A DNA stretch of 64,000 nucleotides, from contig JAAFKI010000051.1 in assembly GCA_021399345.1 (NCBI GenBank), positions 1 through 64,000 of the forward strand. Direction: 5' to 3'. The position numbers and the translations under genes were made by a program. Position 1 is the stretch's first letter, and the number at the start of each line of letters is the position of its first letter. The notes under the pieces were generated by a model that saw only the letters and a program-made list of their open reading frames with translations, did not search any database and was not told where the DNA came from. Below are positions 1 through 10,477 of this stretch, piece by piece. Source of the DNA: Candidatus Heimdallarchaeota archaeon (GTDB lineage Archaea; Asgardarchaeota; Heimdallarchaeia; Heimdallarchaeales; Heimdallarchaeaceae).

Positions 1-1476
1 AACCCATCAGTTACTGCTGTAAACCATGTTTCTATCATAACTGGTAATCATCCAGATAAACATGGGATTATGGGAAATACATTCTATGACTGGGAAACGA
101 ATAAATCATATTCACTATTCTCTGATGATTCTGATGATTATAGAGATACAAACACTGGTCTGCATCTTTTGACTACAAAACCTTCAGTTATTCATGCAGA
201 AGAACAAGGTATTAAAACAGCAGTTTTCGCTTGGCCTTATGTTGACTTTGGAACTGAATTTGAGGGGATAGCCCCAACATATCTTTATGACTATGATTGG
301 TTTAGTGCCAATAATTTAAGAACTGATAAAGGTATAGCAAATAAGGTTGCAGATACTCTGATAGATGATCCTGATATAGGTTTAGTATATGCATGGTTAC
401 CAGGTGTTGATAGTATTGGTCACTCAACTGGGCCTGACTCAGCAGGTATCAAGCAAGTTATTGATTTTTCTCTTGATGTAGCTCTTAGAACATTTTTTGA
501 AAAATTAGAATCTGCTGGTTTGTTGGAAGAGACAGTTGTGATATTAGAATCTGACCATGGTATGGCTGCTGTAACAGATGATGATTATTTCTTAGAAACA
601 AAATCATTCTATCTAGATGCTGTAGCAAATACAGGACTTCATCCCTACATCGCACATGATGCGGCATTCGAACTTCTATACTTCATAAATGAAACAAACA
701 CAATTAAAGTAGAAGAATTTGCTGGATATCTTAAAGGACAAGATGGAGTTCAAGCTGTCTTTGTCAATGATGAGCACAATAGCATAAATCTTGATAATCC
801 AGCTAGAGGTGTAAATATATCTGTGTGGTTAGAACCTGGAAGATCAAGGAATTTTGGTGGTTCATATCTAGGAATGCATGGATACCTCAATAATAACACC
901 GACATGAGAGGAGTGTTCTTAGCTGCAGGACCAGGAATTGCAAAGAATAGTGCTATAGGTGGAATAGATATGATAGATATAGCACCAACCGCACTAGATT
1001 TACTAGGGATTGAATCTGGTTTTGCTTCTGATGGATCTGTTCTTTCATCTATTTATGGTACTAGAACTGAAGCATTTTCTTTTCCAGATATGTATGCCCC
1101 CACAATCACAACAATAACACTCAACCCTACAGAACCAAGAGAAGGATTAGATAATATTATTGAAGTGAAAGTAAACGAATTTGGAACAATAGTAAGTGCA
1201 GAAGCTGAGATATCTATAGATAATGGAACTGTAAGAACAATTGATTTAGTGGATATTGGTAGCAACAACACATTCTTTGGAACCATGGGTGATTTCGTAG
1301 AAGGACAGGTGGTATCAGTTATTGTTACAGTTGAAGACTCAATAGGTTTTCAAGCAATTGGTGATACTGTAATATTTACTGTTAATGCTCCACAGAAAAC
1401 GAGTTATAGCTTAATCTCTCTATTATCATTGGTTTTTGTAATTCCGTTTGTTTATAGAAGAAAGAGAAAACAATAA
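1..1476 (+). CDS. Alkaline phosphatase-superfamily nucleotide pyrophosphatase/phosphodiesterase, membrane-anchored (5'-partial)
   Basis: Frame is open from base 1 (NPSVTAVNHVSIITGNHPDKHGIMGN, NPP catalytic Thr motif); DSIGH, SDHGM and GMHGY metal motifs; C-terminal hydrophobic helix plus basic tail. Confidence 0.85.
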   Translation, partial: NPSVTAVNHVSIITGNHPDKHGIMGNTFYDWETNKSYSLFSDDSDDYRDTNTGLHLLTTKPSVIHAEEQGIKTAVFAWPYVDFGTEFEGIAPTYLYDYDWFSANNLRTDKGIANKVADTLIDDPDIGLVYAWLPGVDSIGHSTGPDSAGIKQVIDFSLDVALRTFFEKLESAGLLEETVVILESDHGMAAVTDDDYFLETKSFYLDAVANTGLHPYIAHDAAFELLYFINETNTIKVEEFAGYLKGQDGVQAVFVNDEHNSINLDNPARGVNISVWLEPGRSRNFGGSYLGMHGYLNNNTDMRGVFLAAGPGIAKNSAIGGIDMIDIAPTALDLLGIESGFASDGSVLSSIYGTRTEAFSFPDMYAPTITTITLNPTEPREGLDNIIEVKVNEFGTIVSAEAEISIDNGTVRTIDLVDIGSNNTFFGTMGDFVEGQVVSVIVTVEDSIGFQAIGDTVIFTVNAPQKTSYSLISLLSLVFVIPFVYRRKRKQ

Positions 1477-1546
1477 TTTCTCTTTAACTTTTTTTCTTCA
1501 AAAATAAAGCAATATATACTAGTATGTCACACTTTATTATGATATT

Positions 1547-3346
1547 ATGAAATTCAGAATAATTTTCAGAGGAGTGTTAACTTTAGCTTTCCTCTGGGGT
1601 TTAGTTTATGCTGTTGCAATTGGGACTATGTTAATAGTCTTCTACGTTGGGGAAATAACAATAGTGTCACAAACATTTTCTATAGTTCTTTTACCAATAA
1701 TAATAGCAATTTCAATAGTATTTATCCAGTTTTTAATTTCTCCTTGGCTTCTAGATTTAAGTTTCAGATGGTTACATAAAATGACATGGATTGATCCTAT
1801 GCAATTACCTCCACATTTGGCACAATTTATATCAGATCAGTCTCAATTGCAAGGGCTTTCAATCAAAAAAGTAGGGATGATACATGACCAAAATCCTACA
1901 GCTTTAACATATGGACGTTTAAAAAAGAATGCTAGGCTTGTTTTATCAGATGGTATTATTAATCTTTTAACAAAAGAAGAACAGATAGCTGTTGTTGGTC
2001 ATGAATTAGGACATATTGCCCATCGAGATTTTCTCTTTATGACTATTGCTGCCGCAGTACCAATGATTCTTTATACATTCTATATTTTTTCACGAGGTTT
2101 TTTGAGAGTAGGATTAATCTCTGGTGGAGATGATAGCAAAGCCGCTGCAGGAATTGCTGCTGCTGCTATTGTGACCATGGTAGTTTCTTATTTGTTTTAT
2201 ATAATCAGTCAGTTTCTAGTCATGTTTCTAAGTAGAGTTAGGGAATATTATGCAGATAGATTTTCCGGACAAGAAACAAGAAATCCTGCAGCGCTTTCAA
2301 CGGCTCTGGTAAAAATTGCTTATGGTATGGTACAATCTCAAGCTCAATATGCTCAAACTATGAATGACAAAAAAGTTGATAGAAGAGATAGAACCAGAGC
2401 TTACAGAAGATATGGTTTTACTAATGCTACAAGATCATTAAACATCTTTGATATTAATGCAGCTAAAGGTTTAGTAATGACAGCTTATGCTCAATCTCAA
2501 GTTGGTGATATTGATCCAGATATGGTTGTAAAAGCTGCAGCATGGGATTTAGAAAGTCCTTGGGGCGGTTTCTTAGAACTTCAGTCTACTCATCCACTTG
2601 CTGCCAAAAGATTACTAGCTCTTGATGATTTAGCTGAAGAAATGGGTATGAAAAGAGCATTTCCTGATTTAGGTGTTGATCAAATAAAGGAATCATTATG
2701 GGATGAATTTCTAATTGATCTTTTCTTGATGTATATTGCCCCAGCTTTGGTTTTCATCTTACCTGGAATTATTGGTATTTTCTATGCATTTGGACTCTCT
2801 CAGTACACCTCAAATAGTTGGATGTGGATTGGACTTGGTTCTGGTTTCGCATTAGCTGGATTATTATGGGTTTGGAGAACAAGAATCAAATTTCCCCGGC
2901 TTGGTGAGGAACTACCTCTCATTTCTATAATGGGTGCAGTTACTGATGTATCAGATGATGGATATGCCGAGGCATCTCCATTTAGAGGAAAACCAATTCA
3001 TTTGCAAGGAACAATAATAGGTCGAGGGCAACCTGGATACTATTTCAGTGAAGATGTTGTACTACAAGATCCTTCAGGAATTATAACTTTGGATTATAAT
3101 CCTTTATTTGGGTTCATGAGATGGATTACAGCTCTCTTTAGAGTCGACCGTCTGATTGGTTCTCAAGTTACAATTGAAGGATGGTATAGGAGAACACCAA
3201 GGCCTGTGGTTATGATCAGAAGGATGTATACTCTTGATGGTGGTACCAAATTCAGCTCTAATAAAAATATTTTCAGTTGGGTAATCGCAGGGGCACTATT
3301 CATAGCTGCAATTGTGTGTATATTTTATGGTATTCCAATAGCTTAA
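1547..3346 (+). CDS. htpX: M48 family zinc metalloprotease (long HtpX-like) with C-terminal extension
   Basis: HELGH zinc motif, SRVREYYAD, STHP; multiple TM segments. Confidence 0.85.
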   Translation: MKFRIIFRGVLTLAFLWGLVYAVAIGTMLIVFYVGEITIVSQTFSIVLLPIIIAISIVFIQFLISPWLLDLSFRWLHKMTWIDPMQLPPHLAQFISDQSQLQGLSIKKVGMIHDQNPTALTYGRLKKNARLVLSDGIINLLTKEEQIAVVGHELGHIAHRDFLFMTIAAAVPMILYTFYIFSRGFLRVGLISGGDDSKAAAGIAAAAIVTMVVSYLFYIISQFLVMFLSRVREYYADRFSGQETRNPAALSTALVKIAYGMVQSQAQYAQTMNDKKVDRRDRTRAYRRYGFTNATRSLNIFDINAAKGLVMTAYAQSQVGDIDPDMVVKAAAWDLESPWGGFLELQSTHPLAAKRLLALDDLAEEMGMKRAFPDLGVDQIKESLWDEFLIDLFLMYIAPALVFILPGIIGIFYAFGLSQYTSNSWMWIGLGSGFALAGLLWVWRTRIKFPRLGEELPLISIMGAVTDVSDDGYAEASPFRGKPIHLQGTIIGRGQPGYYFSEDVVLQDPSGIITLDYNPLFGFMRWITALFRVDRLIGSQVTIEGWYRRTPRPVVMIRRMYTLDGGTKFSSNKNIFSWVIAGALFIAAIVCIFYGIPIA

Positions 3347-3451
3347 CTGGATAACATTCCTTCTTTTTTTCTTTCTTTTTTACTCATAAGTGAATAAAGC
3401 GTCACAGTTATAAAGACAGAATTAGAATATTTTTCAATTCTGGTGAAATTG

Positions 3452-4429
3452 ATGGCTAGTGAAGAAAAAAAGACCAAAACAGCAGTCAAAAAAGAAACTC
3501 CTGAAAAAGCCGAGGAAGAAGTAGAAGAAGTTAAGGAAGAAACTCCACTAGAGAAATACAAGAAGGCTGGAGAAGTCGCAAAGAGCATTTTACTAAAGTT
3601 AAATGAGATGGTTAAACCTGGGATTAAGGCTTTAGATTTGTGTGAAACAGCTGATAAGATGATTGCTGATGCAGGAATGAAACCAGCATTTCCTCTGAAT
3701 GTTGCTATAAATAATCATGCAGCCCACTACGCCTGTACATGGGAAGACGAATTAACTATCAAAGAAGGCGATGTTGTAAAGCTTGATGTTGGTGTTCATC
3801 ATGACGGTTTTATTGCTGATACCGCATTTACTGTAGCTTTTGATGATGTTCATAAGGATCTGATTAAAGCAAGCAAAGAAGCCACTGAAACAGCAGTAAA
3901 GGTAATCCGTGTTGGTGGTTATACTGGCAAACTTGGTGATTTAATTGAGAACATAATTGAAGGATATGGTTTTAAAACTATTAAAGATCTATCTGGTCAC
4001 CTTTTGATGCAATATAGAGTTCATGGACCAAAAACAATTCCTAATGTATCCGGTAGAAAAGGAAATCTAGTTTTACAAGATGAAGCTTTTGCCATAGAAA
4101 CATTCGCAACAACAGGTGCTGGAGAATCTGGACAAGATCGAACAAAACTCAATATTGTTAGATTGGCAGAAGGAAGGTTTCCATTGAGAACAGATGCAGC
4201 CAAACAAGTAAGAAGATTATTGGATAAAGAATATTTCAGACTTCCAGTGGCTACACGATGGATCTATAAGGAAATTGGTACAGCAAGAGCTAAAATGGGA
4301 ATCAGAGAACTAATTCAAGCAGGAGCACTTTATCAATATCATGTACTTGCCGATACTGCAGGTTCATTTGTGAGTCAGCACGAGAACACAGTTTACATGA
4401 CTCCAGAAGGTCCTATTCAAACAACTTAA
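3452..4429 (+). CDS. map: Type II methionine aminopeptidase
   Basis: AAHY, KLDVG..DGFIADTA, GH, IETF, QHENT metal ligands; ATG at 3452 preceded by GGTGA. Confidence 0.95.
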   Translation: MASEEKKTKTAVKKETPEKAEEEVEEVKEETPLEKYKKAGEVAKSILLKLNEMVKPGIKALDLCETADKMIADAGMKPAFPLNVAINNHAAHYACTWEDELTIKEGDVVKLDVGVHHDGFIADTAFTVAFDDVHKDLIKASKEATETAVKVIRVGGYTGKLGDLIENIIEGYGFKTIKDLSGHLLMQYRVHGPKTIPNVSGRKGNLVLQDEAFAIETFATTGAGESGQDRTKLNIVRLAEGRFPLRTDAAKQVRRLLDKEYFRLPVATRWIYKEIGTARAKMGIRELIQAGALYQYHVLADTAGSFVSQHENTVYMTPEGPIQTT

Positions 4430-4465
4430 TTTTCTTTCCTTTTTATTTTATTTATTTCCATTTTA
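4430..4465 (+). terminator. Oligo-T archaeal-type terminator after map
   Basis: T-rich run immediately after the stop codon. Confidence 0.4.
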
Positions 4466-4553
4466 ATGAAAACTTATTTCCAAAATATCCCTTCTTCTCA
4501 ATGAAAAATAATTATAAACAAGCTGGAAACATCTTTATCTGAAGTGTACTATA

Positions 4554-5720
4554 ATGGGTTTTGTGTTAGAATCACTTTATCTTTTTTTAGTAATAGCCTG
4601 CGTTGTATACTTCATTGTTTTAGTCCAAAATAGTAAGAATGGTTGGCAAACAATTGCGATTAAAGATGATGATCTTCCACTAGTAAGCATAATAGTACCT
4701 ACGTTAGAAGAGGAAGATAATATCGAACGTTGCCTTGAAAGTTTGTTAAAATTAGACTATCCTAGAATGGAAATCATTGTTTCTGATGGTGGTTCTCAAG
4801 ACAGAACTGTAGAAATAGCAAAGAAGTTTTCAGTTAAGATGGTAGTTGATTCTTATCTTCCCAAAGGATGGATAGGTAAATCATATGGGTGTCAAATTGC
4901 GTATAAAGAAGCAAAGGGCGATATACTGCTGTTTACAGATGCAGATACATATCATTCTCCTCAATCATTAAAAACAACAGTAAAACATCTATTAGCATCT
5001 GAAAGTGAGTTGTTTTCATTATTTCCCTACCAGAAAGCAAAACGCTGGTATGAATACCTTCTCAGTTTCTTCTACTTTTTGAGTTTCTTAGGCGGGGGAC
5101 CAATTAACAATATCAATAATCAATATGCAAAGGATTCAGTAATGGCAAGCGGCCAGTATATGCTTTTTACACGAGAAAGCTATAACAAAATTGGTGGTCA
5201 CGCAGCTGTAAGTAAATCTTTAGTTGAAGATTTAGCTTTAGCTCGATTGTGCAAAGATAAAGAAATGAGATTAAACTTCAAAGAATCAACATCTCTTGTT
5301 TCAACTCGTATGTATCCTAATGGATTTTCAAGTTTCTTTAAAGGGTTTAGAAAATCAATTTATGAGGGTTTTTGGCTATTAAGCAAATTTAGACTAATGT
5401 TCATTATCCTTTGGTTAATTTATATGCTTGTTTCTCCCTATTTCTTAATTCGTTATTTACTGATTCCAGACAATTGGTTATGGTGGAATTATACTATAGG
5501 AATAATAGTCAATGTAACCCTATATCTTCTTTATGCCATAATTCTCTACATATACTGGAGAAAGAAAGGTAGCTGGAATTTCATCATTTTCCTATTTTAT
5601 CCTATAACAATGCTCATAAATCTAATAATCATCCTAGTGTCCTTCTATTATGGTTTTAGAGGGATTAAATTTTCTTGGAAAAGTAGATATTATGATACTG
5701 AGAAGAGTTCCTCAAAATGA
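4554..5720 (+). CDS. GT2 family glycosyltransferase (HpnB/CrtQ-like), membrane-bound, paralog 1
   Basis: VSIIVP..EE, DGGSQD, GWIGK, FTDAD, EDLALA, TRMY; C-terminal TM helices. Confidence 0.85.
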   Translation: MGFVLESLYLFLVIACVVYFIVLVQNSKNGWQTIAIKDDDLPLVSIIVPTLEEEDNIERCLESLLKLDYPRMEIIVSDGGSQDRTVEIAKKFSVKMVVDSYLPKGWIGKSYGCQIAYKEAKGDILLFTDADTYHSPQSLKTTVKHLLASESELFSLFPYQKAKRWYEYLLSFFYFLSFLGGGPINNINNQYAKDSVMASGQYMLFTRESYNKIGGHAAVSKSLVEDLALARLCKDKEMRLNFKESTSLVSTRMYPNGFSSFFKGFRKSIYEGFWLLSKFRLMFIILWLIYMLVSPYFLIRYLLIPDNWLWWNYTIGIIVNVTLYLLYAIILYIYWRKKGSWNFIIFLFYPITMLINLIIILVSFYYGFRGIKFSWKSRYYDTEKSSSK

Positions 5721-5821
5721 ATATTTCAAAGATTCTCATCTTTCTCCCATATTGGATATTCTCTGTCAATAAAATATTTAAATAAGCTGTTATAATTTAT
5801 AGAGCAACCATTAATGTTGGA

Positions 5822-7072
5822 GTGAAAAAGGTGCATTGGATAATTGAATCACTATATCTATTCTTAGTGATTGTCTGTTTTGTCTACTTCTTTGTATTAG
5901 TCCAAAACAGTAAGACTAGTTGGCAGATTCTTGATTTAAAGGAAGATGAATTGCCATTTGTATCAGTTATCGTTCCAACATTAGAAGAAGAAAATAATAT
6001 CTCTAAATGCCTTAATAGTGTTACGAAACTTGATTACCCTAATTATGAAGTCCTTGTAGTTGATGGAGGATCAAAAGATAAGACTGTAGAAATAGCAGAA
6101 TCTTATGGAGTTAAGGTCTTAGTAGATGCAAATCTACCAACAGGATGGATAGGTAAGTCATATGGGTGTCATATAGGCTATTTGGAAGCAAAAGGTGATG
6201 TGATTCTGTTTACAGATGCTGATACCAAACACGCACCAGAATCTCTTAAAATTACTGTTTCCCATCTATTAGGATCTAATGTTGCGCTGTTTACAATGTT
6301 ACCTTATTTGGAAGCATACAGATTTTATGAGTTCTTTCCAAGCTATCTGTATTTCCTTAGTTTCCTCTGTGGAGGTCCTAGAGAAGATGTAAACAATAGA
6401 TATAACAAAAATTCTTTTATGGCTTCTGGACAATATATGTTATTCACAAGAGAGGGATATGAGGAACTCGGTGGCCATACATCGATAAGTAGTTCTTTAG
6501 TTGAAGACGTTGCTCTAGCTAAACTTGTTAAAGAAAAAGAACTAGGGTTAAGCTATACAGATGGAACTAATTTAGTTCAAACTAGAATGTATCCTGATGG
6601 CTTTGGTCAGTATTTCAGAGCCTTTAGAAGAGCTATTTGGGGGGGTATAGTAACTCTAACACCTTGGAGAATCTTCTTTATGATCTTGTGGTTGATCTAT
6701 TTTATACTAGCTCCAATATTTATGATTCAATCATTCTTTAGTAACGGACCTTATTTCATTTGGGCAAATTATACTATTGGAATTATAGTTAATACAGGAT
6801 TGTATCTAGCATATGCTGCAACCTTCTACTTCTATTGGTACAAGAAAGGAGATCTTAAGTGGTATTTGGCTTTATTCTTCCCAATTACACAAATAGCTAA
6901 TTTCATTGTAATCGGAGTAGCTATTTATTTTGGTTTACGAGGTAAAAGGGTCTCTTGGAAAGGAAGATATTATTCAACTCAAGGAACTGAAACTCTTAAG
7001 AAGCAACAAAAAAAAGATTTAACAGATAGGAAAGTTCCCGCTGTTAAGAAAATAGACAAATCAGTTGACTGA
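5822..7072 (+). CDS. GT2 family glycosyltransferase (HpnB/CrtQ-like), paralog 2
   Basis: Same motifs as the upstream gene, colinear along its length. Confidence 0.85.
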   Translation: MKKVHWIIESLYLFLVIVCFVYFFVLVQNSKTSWQILDLKEDELPFVSVIVPTLEEENNISKCLNSVTKLDYPNYEVLVVDGGSKDKTVEIAESYGVKVLVDANLPTGWIGKSYGCHIGYLEAKGDVILFTDADTKHAPESLKITVSHLLGSNVALFTMLPYLEAYRFYEFFPSYLYFLSFLCGGPREDVNNRYNKNSFMASGQYMLFTREGYEELGGHTSISSSLVEDVALAKLVKEKELGLSYTDGTNLVQTRMYPDGFGQYFRAFRRAIWGGIVTLTPWRIFFMILWLIYFILAPIFMIQSFFSNGPYFIWANYTIGIIVNTGLYLAYAATFYFYWYKKGDLKWYLALFFPITQIANFIVIGVAIYFGLRGKRVSWKGRYYSTQGTETLKKQQKKDLTDRKVPAVKKIDKSVD

Positions 7073-7102
7073 TTCACCTAAAAATTTTTTTAATTCCAAT
7101 CT

Positions 7103-8605
7103 ATGTTTAAAATTATGAGATTTGTTCTAAGCATTGATCAAGGCACTACTGGTACTAGAGCTATGATTTTTAACAAACGAGGTGAAGAAATAGCTAAGGA
7201 CTATGTTGGGCATGAACAATTTTTTCCTAAACCTGGTTGGGTTGAACACCATCCTACAGAGATCTGGGAAAAGTCAAAGATTGTTATGAGAAACGCTCTA
7301 GATAAAGCAAAAATTACCTCCGAAGCGATATGCTCAATTGGAATAGCGAATCAAAGAGAAACAGTTGTTGCATGGAATACAAATACAGGTTTACCTTTGC
7401 ATAAAGCTATTGTTTGGCAGTGCAGACGAACTGCTGATATGTGCTCTCAACTGAAGAAAGAAGGATTTTCTGATTTGTTTACCAACAAAACTGGTCTGTT
7501 TTTAGATCCATATTTTTCTGGTACTAAAATCAAATGGTTGTTGGATAATTCATCTAAAGTTCAAGATGCTTTAAAATTCGGAAATCTTGCAGTAGGAACA
7601 ATCGATAGTTGGTTAATTTGGAACCTAACAGGAAAGCATTTAACAGATTATTCAAACGCTTCAAGAACGCTATTATTCGATATTCATAAAGGTCTCTGGA
7701 GCGAAGAACTTCTAGAAGTTTTAGATATACCTTTGCACATTTTACCAGAGGTTAGACCAAGCAGCGATAAGGAAATTTATGGGTATACCCGAAATGGAAT
7801 ATTTGAAAGCTCAATTCCTATTGCTGGTGTTGCAGGTGACCAACAAGCAGCTTTGTTCGGTCAAACTTGTTTTAAGGCGGGATCTATTAAGAATACTTAC
7901 GGAACTGGTAACTTCATGTTACTGAATACTGGTTCAAAACCAGTTAAGTCAGACAGTGGATTATTAACGACAATAGCTTGGAAAATAGATTCAGATATAC
8001 AATATGCCCTTGAAGGTAGTGTTTTCATCACTGGAGCAGTTATTCAATGGTTAGAAGAAGGAATTAGAATCTTAGAAAATAAATCGGACCTTGAGAGAAT
8101 TATGAATGAGCTAACAAATACAGATGGTGTTTTCTTTGTTCCTGCTTTTGTTGGATTAGGAGCACCACACTGGGATGCATATGCTCGTGGAATGATTATA
8201 GGCTTAACGAGAGGTACTACTCGAGACCACATAATAAGAGCCGCTATGGAATCAATTTGCTATCAGTCAGAAGACATTTTCGAGCTGATGAAAAAAGATT
8301 CAGGATTATCTATAGATATGCTCCGAGTTGATGGGGGAGTAACTAATAATGCTCAACTATTACAATTTCAATCTAACATTTCCAATGTTGCTGTTCAAAA
8401 ACCAGTTATAAATGAAACAACAGCTCTCGGGGCTGCATATCTAGCAGGTTTAGCCGTTGACTACTGGACTAGTTTAGAAGATATAAGTCAAAATTTTCAA
8501 GTAGAAAAGGAATTCTTACCCAATATGAACCAAAGTGAAAGAAATTTATTGCTTCAGACATGGAAAAGAGCTCTAGAACGATCAATGAATTGGAGCGAAG
8601 TTTAG
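7103..8605 (+). CDS. glpK: Glycerol kinase
   Basis: IDQGTTGTR, NQRET, WQCRRT, DPYFSGTK, GDQQAALFGQ, KNTYGTG. Confidence 0.97.
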   Translation: MFKIMRFVLSIDQGTTGTRAMIFNKRGEEIAKDYVGHEQFFPKPGWVEHHPTEIWEKSKIVMRNALDKAKITSEAICSIGIANQRETVVAWNTNTGLPLHKAIVWQCRRTADMCSQLKKEGFSDLFTNKTGLFLDPYFSGTKIKWLLDNSSKVQDALKFGNLAVGTIDSWLIWNLTGKHLTDYSNASRTLLFDIHKGLWSEELLEVLDIPLHILPEVRPSSDKEIYGYTRNGIFESSIPIAGVAGDQQAALFGQTCFKAGSIKNTYGTGNFMLLNTGSKPVKSDSGLLTTIAWKIDSDIQYALEGSVFITGAVIQWLEEGIRILENKSDLERIMNELTNTDGVFFVPAFVGLGAPHWDAYARGMIIGLTRGTTRDHIIRAAMESICYQSEDIFELMKKDSGLSIDMLRVDGGVTNNAQLLQFQSNISNVAVQKPVINETTALGAAYLAGLAVDYWTSLEDISQNFQVEKEFLPNMNQSERNLLLQTWKRALERSMNWSEV

Positions 8606-8793
8606 TTAACTGTCTTTTCCTTTCCTATAGTAGGTGTCTATATAATTTTGCTTTCCTTTAAACAATACATCTACCGACAATATTTGGTAAATCTAGTATT
8701 CCATTATTGGATTAAATTAACTTTTTCTTTAATCTACTAGTCACTCTCTAGTTTCAAAAGAAATATTATCTATTTATAATAAATTATTCGGTG

Positions 8794-8809
8794 CTAGACA
8801 AATGTCTAG
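8794..8809. promoter_or_regulatory. Perfect palindrome CTAGACA-AA-TGTCTAG in a ~600 bp intergenic region; possible operator
   Basis: Direct reading of the sequence. Confidence 0.35.
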
Positions 8810-9199
8810 TAAAATATTTTGAAGAAAGACTCTGCTAATCTTCTAGTTGTAAGATATTTCATAAAACTACCACTAACTGATAATTAACGGCCTGAAATCA
8901 AGATTTACACTTTTTAGGTGTATCTTTTCTATACTGCAGGTAAGATGCTTAAGGGTTTCTCTATACTTTTGTCCATTAACTTATTCTAGTAAGCTCTTAA
9001 TGAAATATAGAATCAATTATCTTAGTGACCAAATTAATCTTATCTGAAAGAAGAAGATTCTTATCTTCAACAAATATTTGCTTTATACTAACTAATATTT
9101 CTTTTAATAAACTAATTATTTGTTTAATAAACGTATTACAAAACATTTTTTAAGTTACTTCATATAGCTCAATAACGACTCTTTGGATAGGGGTAAAGG

Positions 9200-9586
9200 T
9201 TGACAACTCTGTACGATTATATTGGGGAAAAAGATAAAAAAGTTGAAGAGGAAAGAATAAAGGAAGAAGAATCTCGTAATGAGTTTCTTACCAAAATGGA
9301 AAAACAGAAGCGCTTAAGTGTTAATTTTACAGGTTTTGATGGGCGATTATCTGATTTGGTAGATGGGATTAGAACCATTCCAAACTACAACAATCTTAAA
9401 GGGTATGTCAGAGAGAATGTTCTTCCAGATAACCCGGAAATTTCATACGAAAAATTATCTTTCAAGACTGGAATACATGAAGGTGTGGCTTTAGTTATTC
9501 TTTACGACTTGTATAATGATAAGTTAGAAGAAGAATTAAAGGATCTTGATGAAGAAGATGTTGATCGTGACTTTCGTTATGATTAA
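9200..9586 (+). CDS. Hypothetical acidic protein, possible small helix-turn-helix-like region
   Basis: 128-aa ORF with TTG start after a GGGGT..AGG SD-like stretch; ISYEKLSFKTGIHEGVALVIL segment. Confidence 0.6.
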   Translation: MTTLYDYIGEKDKKVEEERIKEEESRNEFLTKMEKQKRLSVNFTGFDGRLSDLVDGIRTIPNYNNLKGYVRENVLPDNPEISYEKLSFKTGIHEGVALVILYDLYNDKLEEELKDLDEEDVDRDFRYD

Positions 9587-9595
9587 ATTACTATT

Positions 9596-10300
9596 TTACT
9601 TGCCATAATTGAGTCGATCACTCAAGGATTTAGGAAGATCTAAATCGGTCATTTTCTCTTGAACAGGTTTGTAATCATACTTCAGATGAATCATAGCAGC
9701 ACTGTATGGATTTGTACTCACAATAGAATAGTATGCTCCAGGTTTTCCATTGCGTGGTTGCCCTACAGAACCTGGATTTAAGAAATTGTGTTTCTTGATT
9801 TTAGCTTTAAATGGAACATGTGTATGTCCTACCATCAGAACATTTGTTTTTGTAATCTCAAATGCTTCCTCAAGCATTGTTTTCCATTTTTTATCTGAAT
9901 AAGTGTCCATATAATCAAAAGTTTTGAATGGAGACCCATGAACTAAATAGATACTACAACCATCTCTTTCAATTGTTTTTCTCCGAGGTAGAGATGTTAG
10001 CCATTTCTTGTTTTCAGCATGAATATTATCTTGCGTCCATTGAATCATTGTATATGCAGTTGGATTGAAATAAAAAGAAGGTTCATCTCCAATTACTCCT
10101 GCATCATGATTACCTAACATTGAAATGGAGCACTCTTCTCTAATTAGTTCAATACATTCATTTGGAAACGGATAATATCCTACAATATCACCTAAACAAA
10201 TAATCTCATCGATATTTTTTCTTTTCTGGATGTCTTGTAAAACAGCCTCTAAAGCATAAATGTTTGAATGAATGTCCGAAATTACAGCTATTCTTGGCAT
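9596..10300 (-). CDS. Calcineurin-like metallophosphoesterase (YfcE/MJ0912-like)
   Basis: SDIHSN, GDIVGY, GNHD, HGSP, GHTH, NPGSVGQPR. Confidence 0.92.
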   Translation of the reverse strand: MPRIAVISDIHSNIYALEAVLQDIQKRKNIDEIICLGDIVGYYPFPNECIELIREECSISMLGNHDAGVIGDEPSFYFNPTAYTMIQWTQDNIHAENKKWLTSLPRRKTIERDGCSIYLVHGSPFKTFDYMDTYSDKKWKTMLEEAFEITKTNVLMVGHTHVPFKAKIKKHNFLNPGSVGQPRNGKPGAYYSIVSTNPYSAAMIHLKYDYKPVQEKMTDLDLPKSLSDRLNYGK

Positions 10301-10477
10301 AAGAAGACCTCCAAATTAAGTAATGTTAGCACACTTTTTAAGTTCTACTCAAAGATGAACCAACAAATCGTAGTTTTAGATATCTTTGAAAAGCATTAAT
10401 TGATTGATTAATATAATTTGCGCTATCGAAGAATAGTTCTGAAAAGCAGCAAAACTTTTCAAGATTGTGGAAATCTT

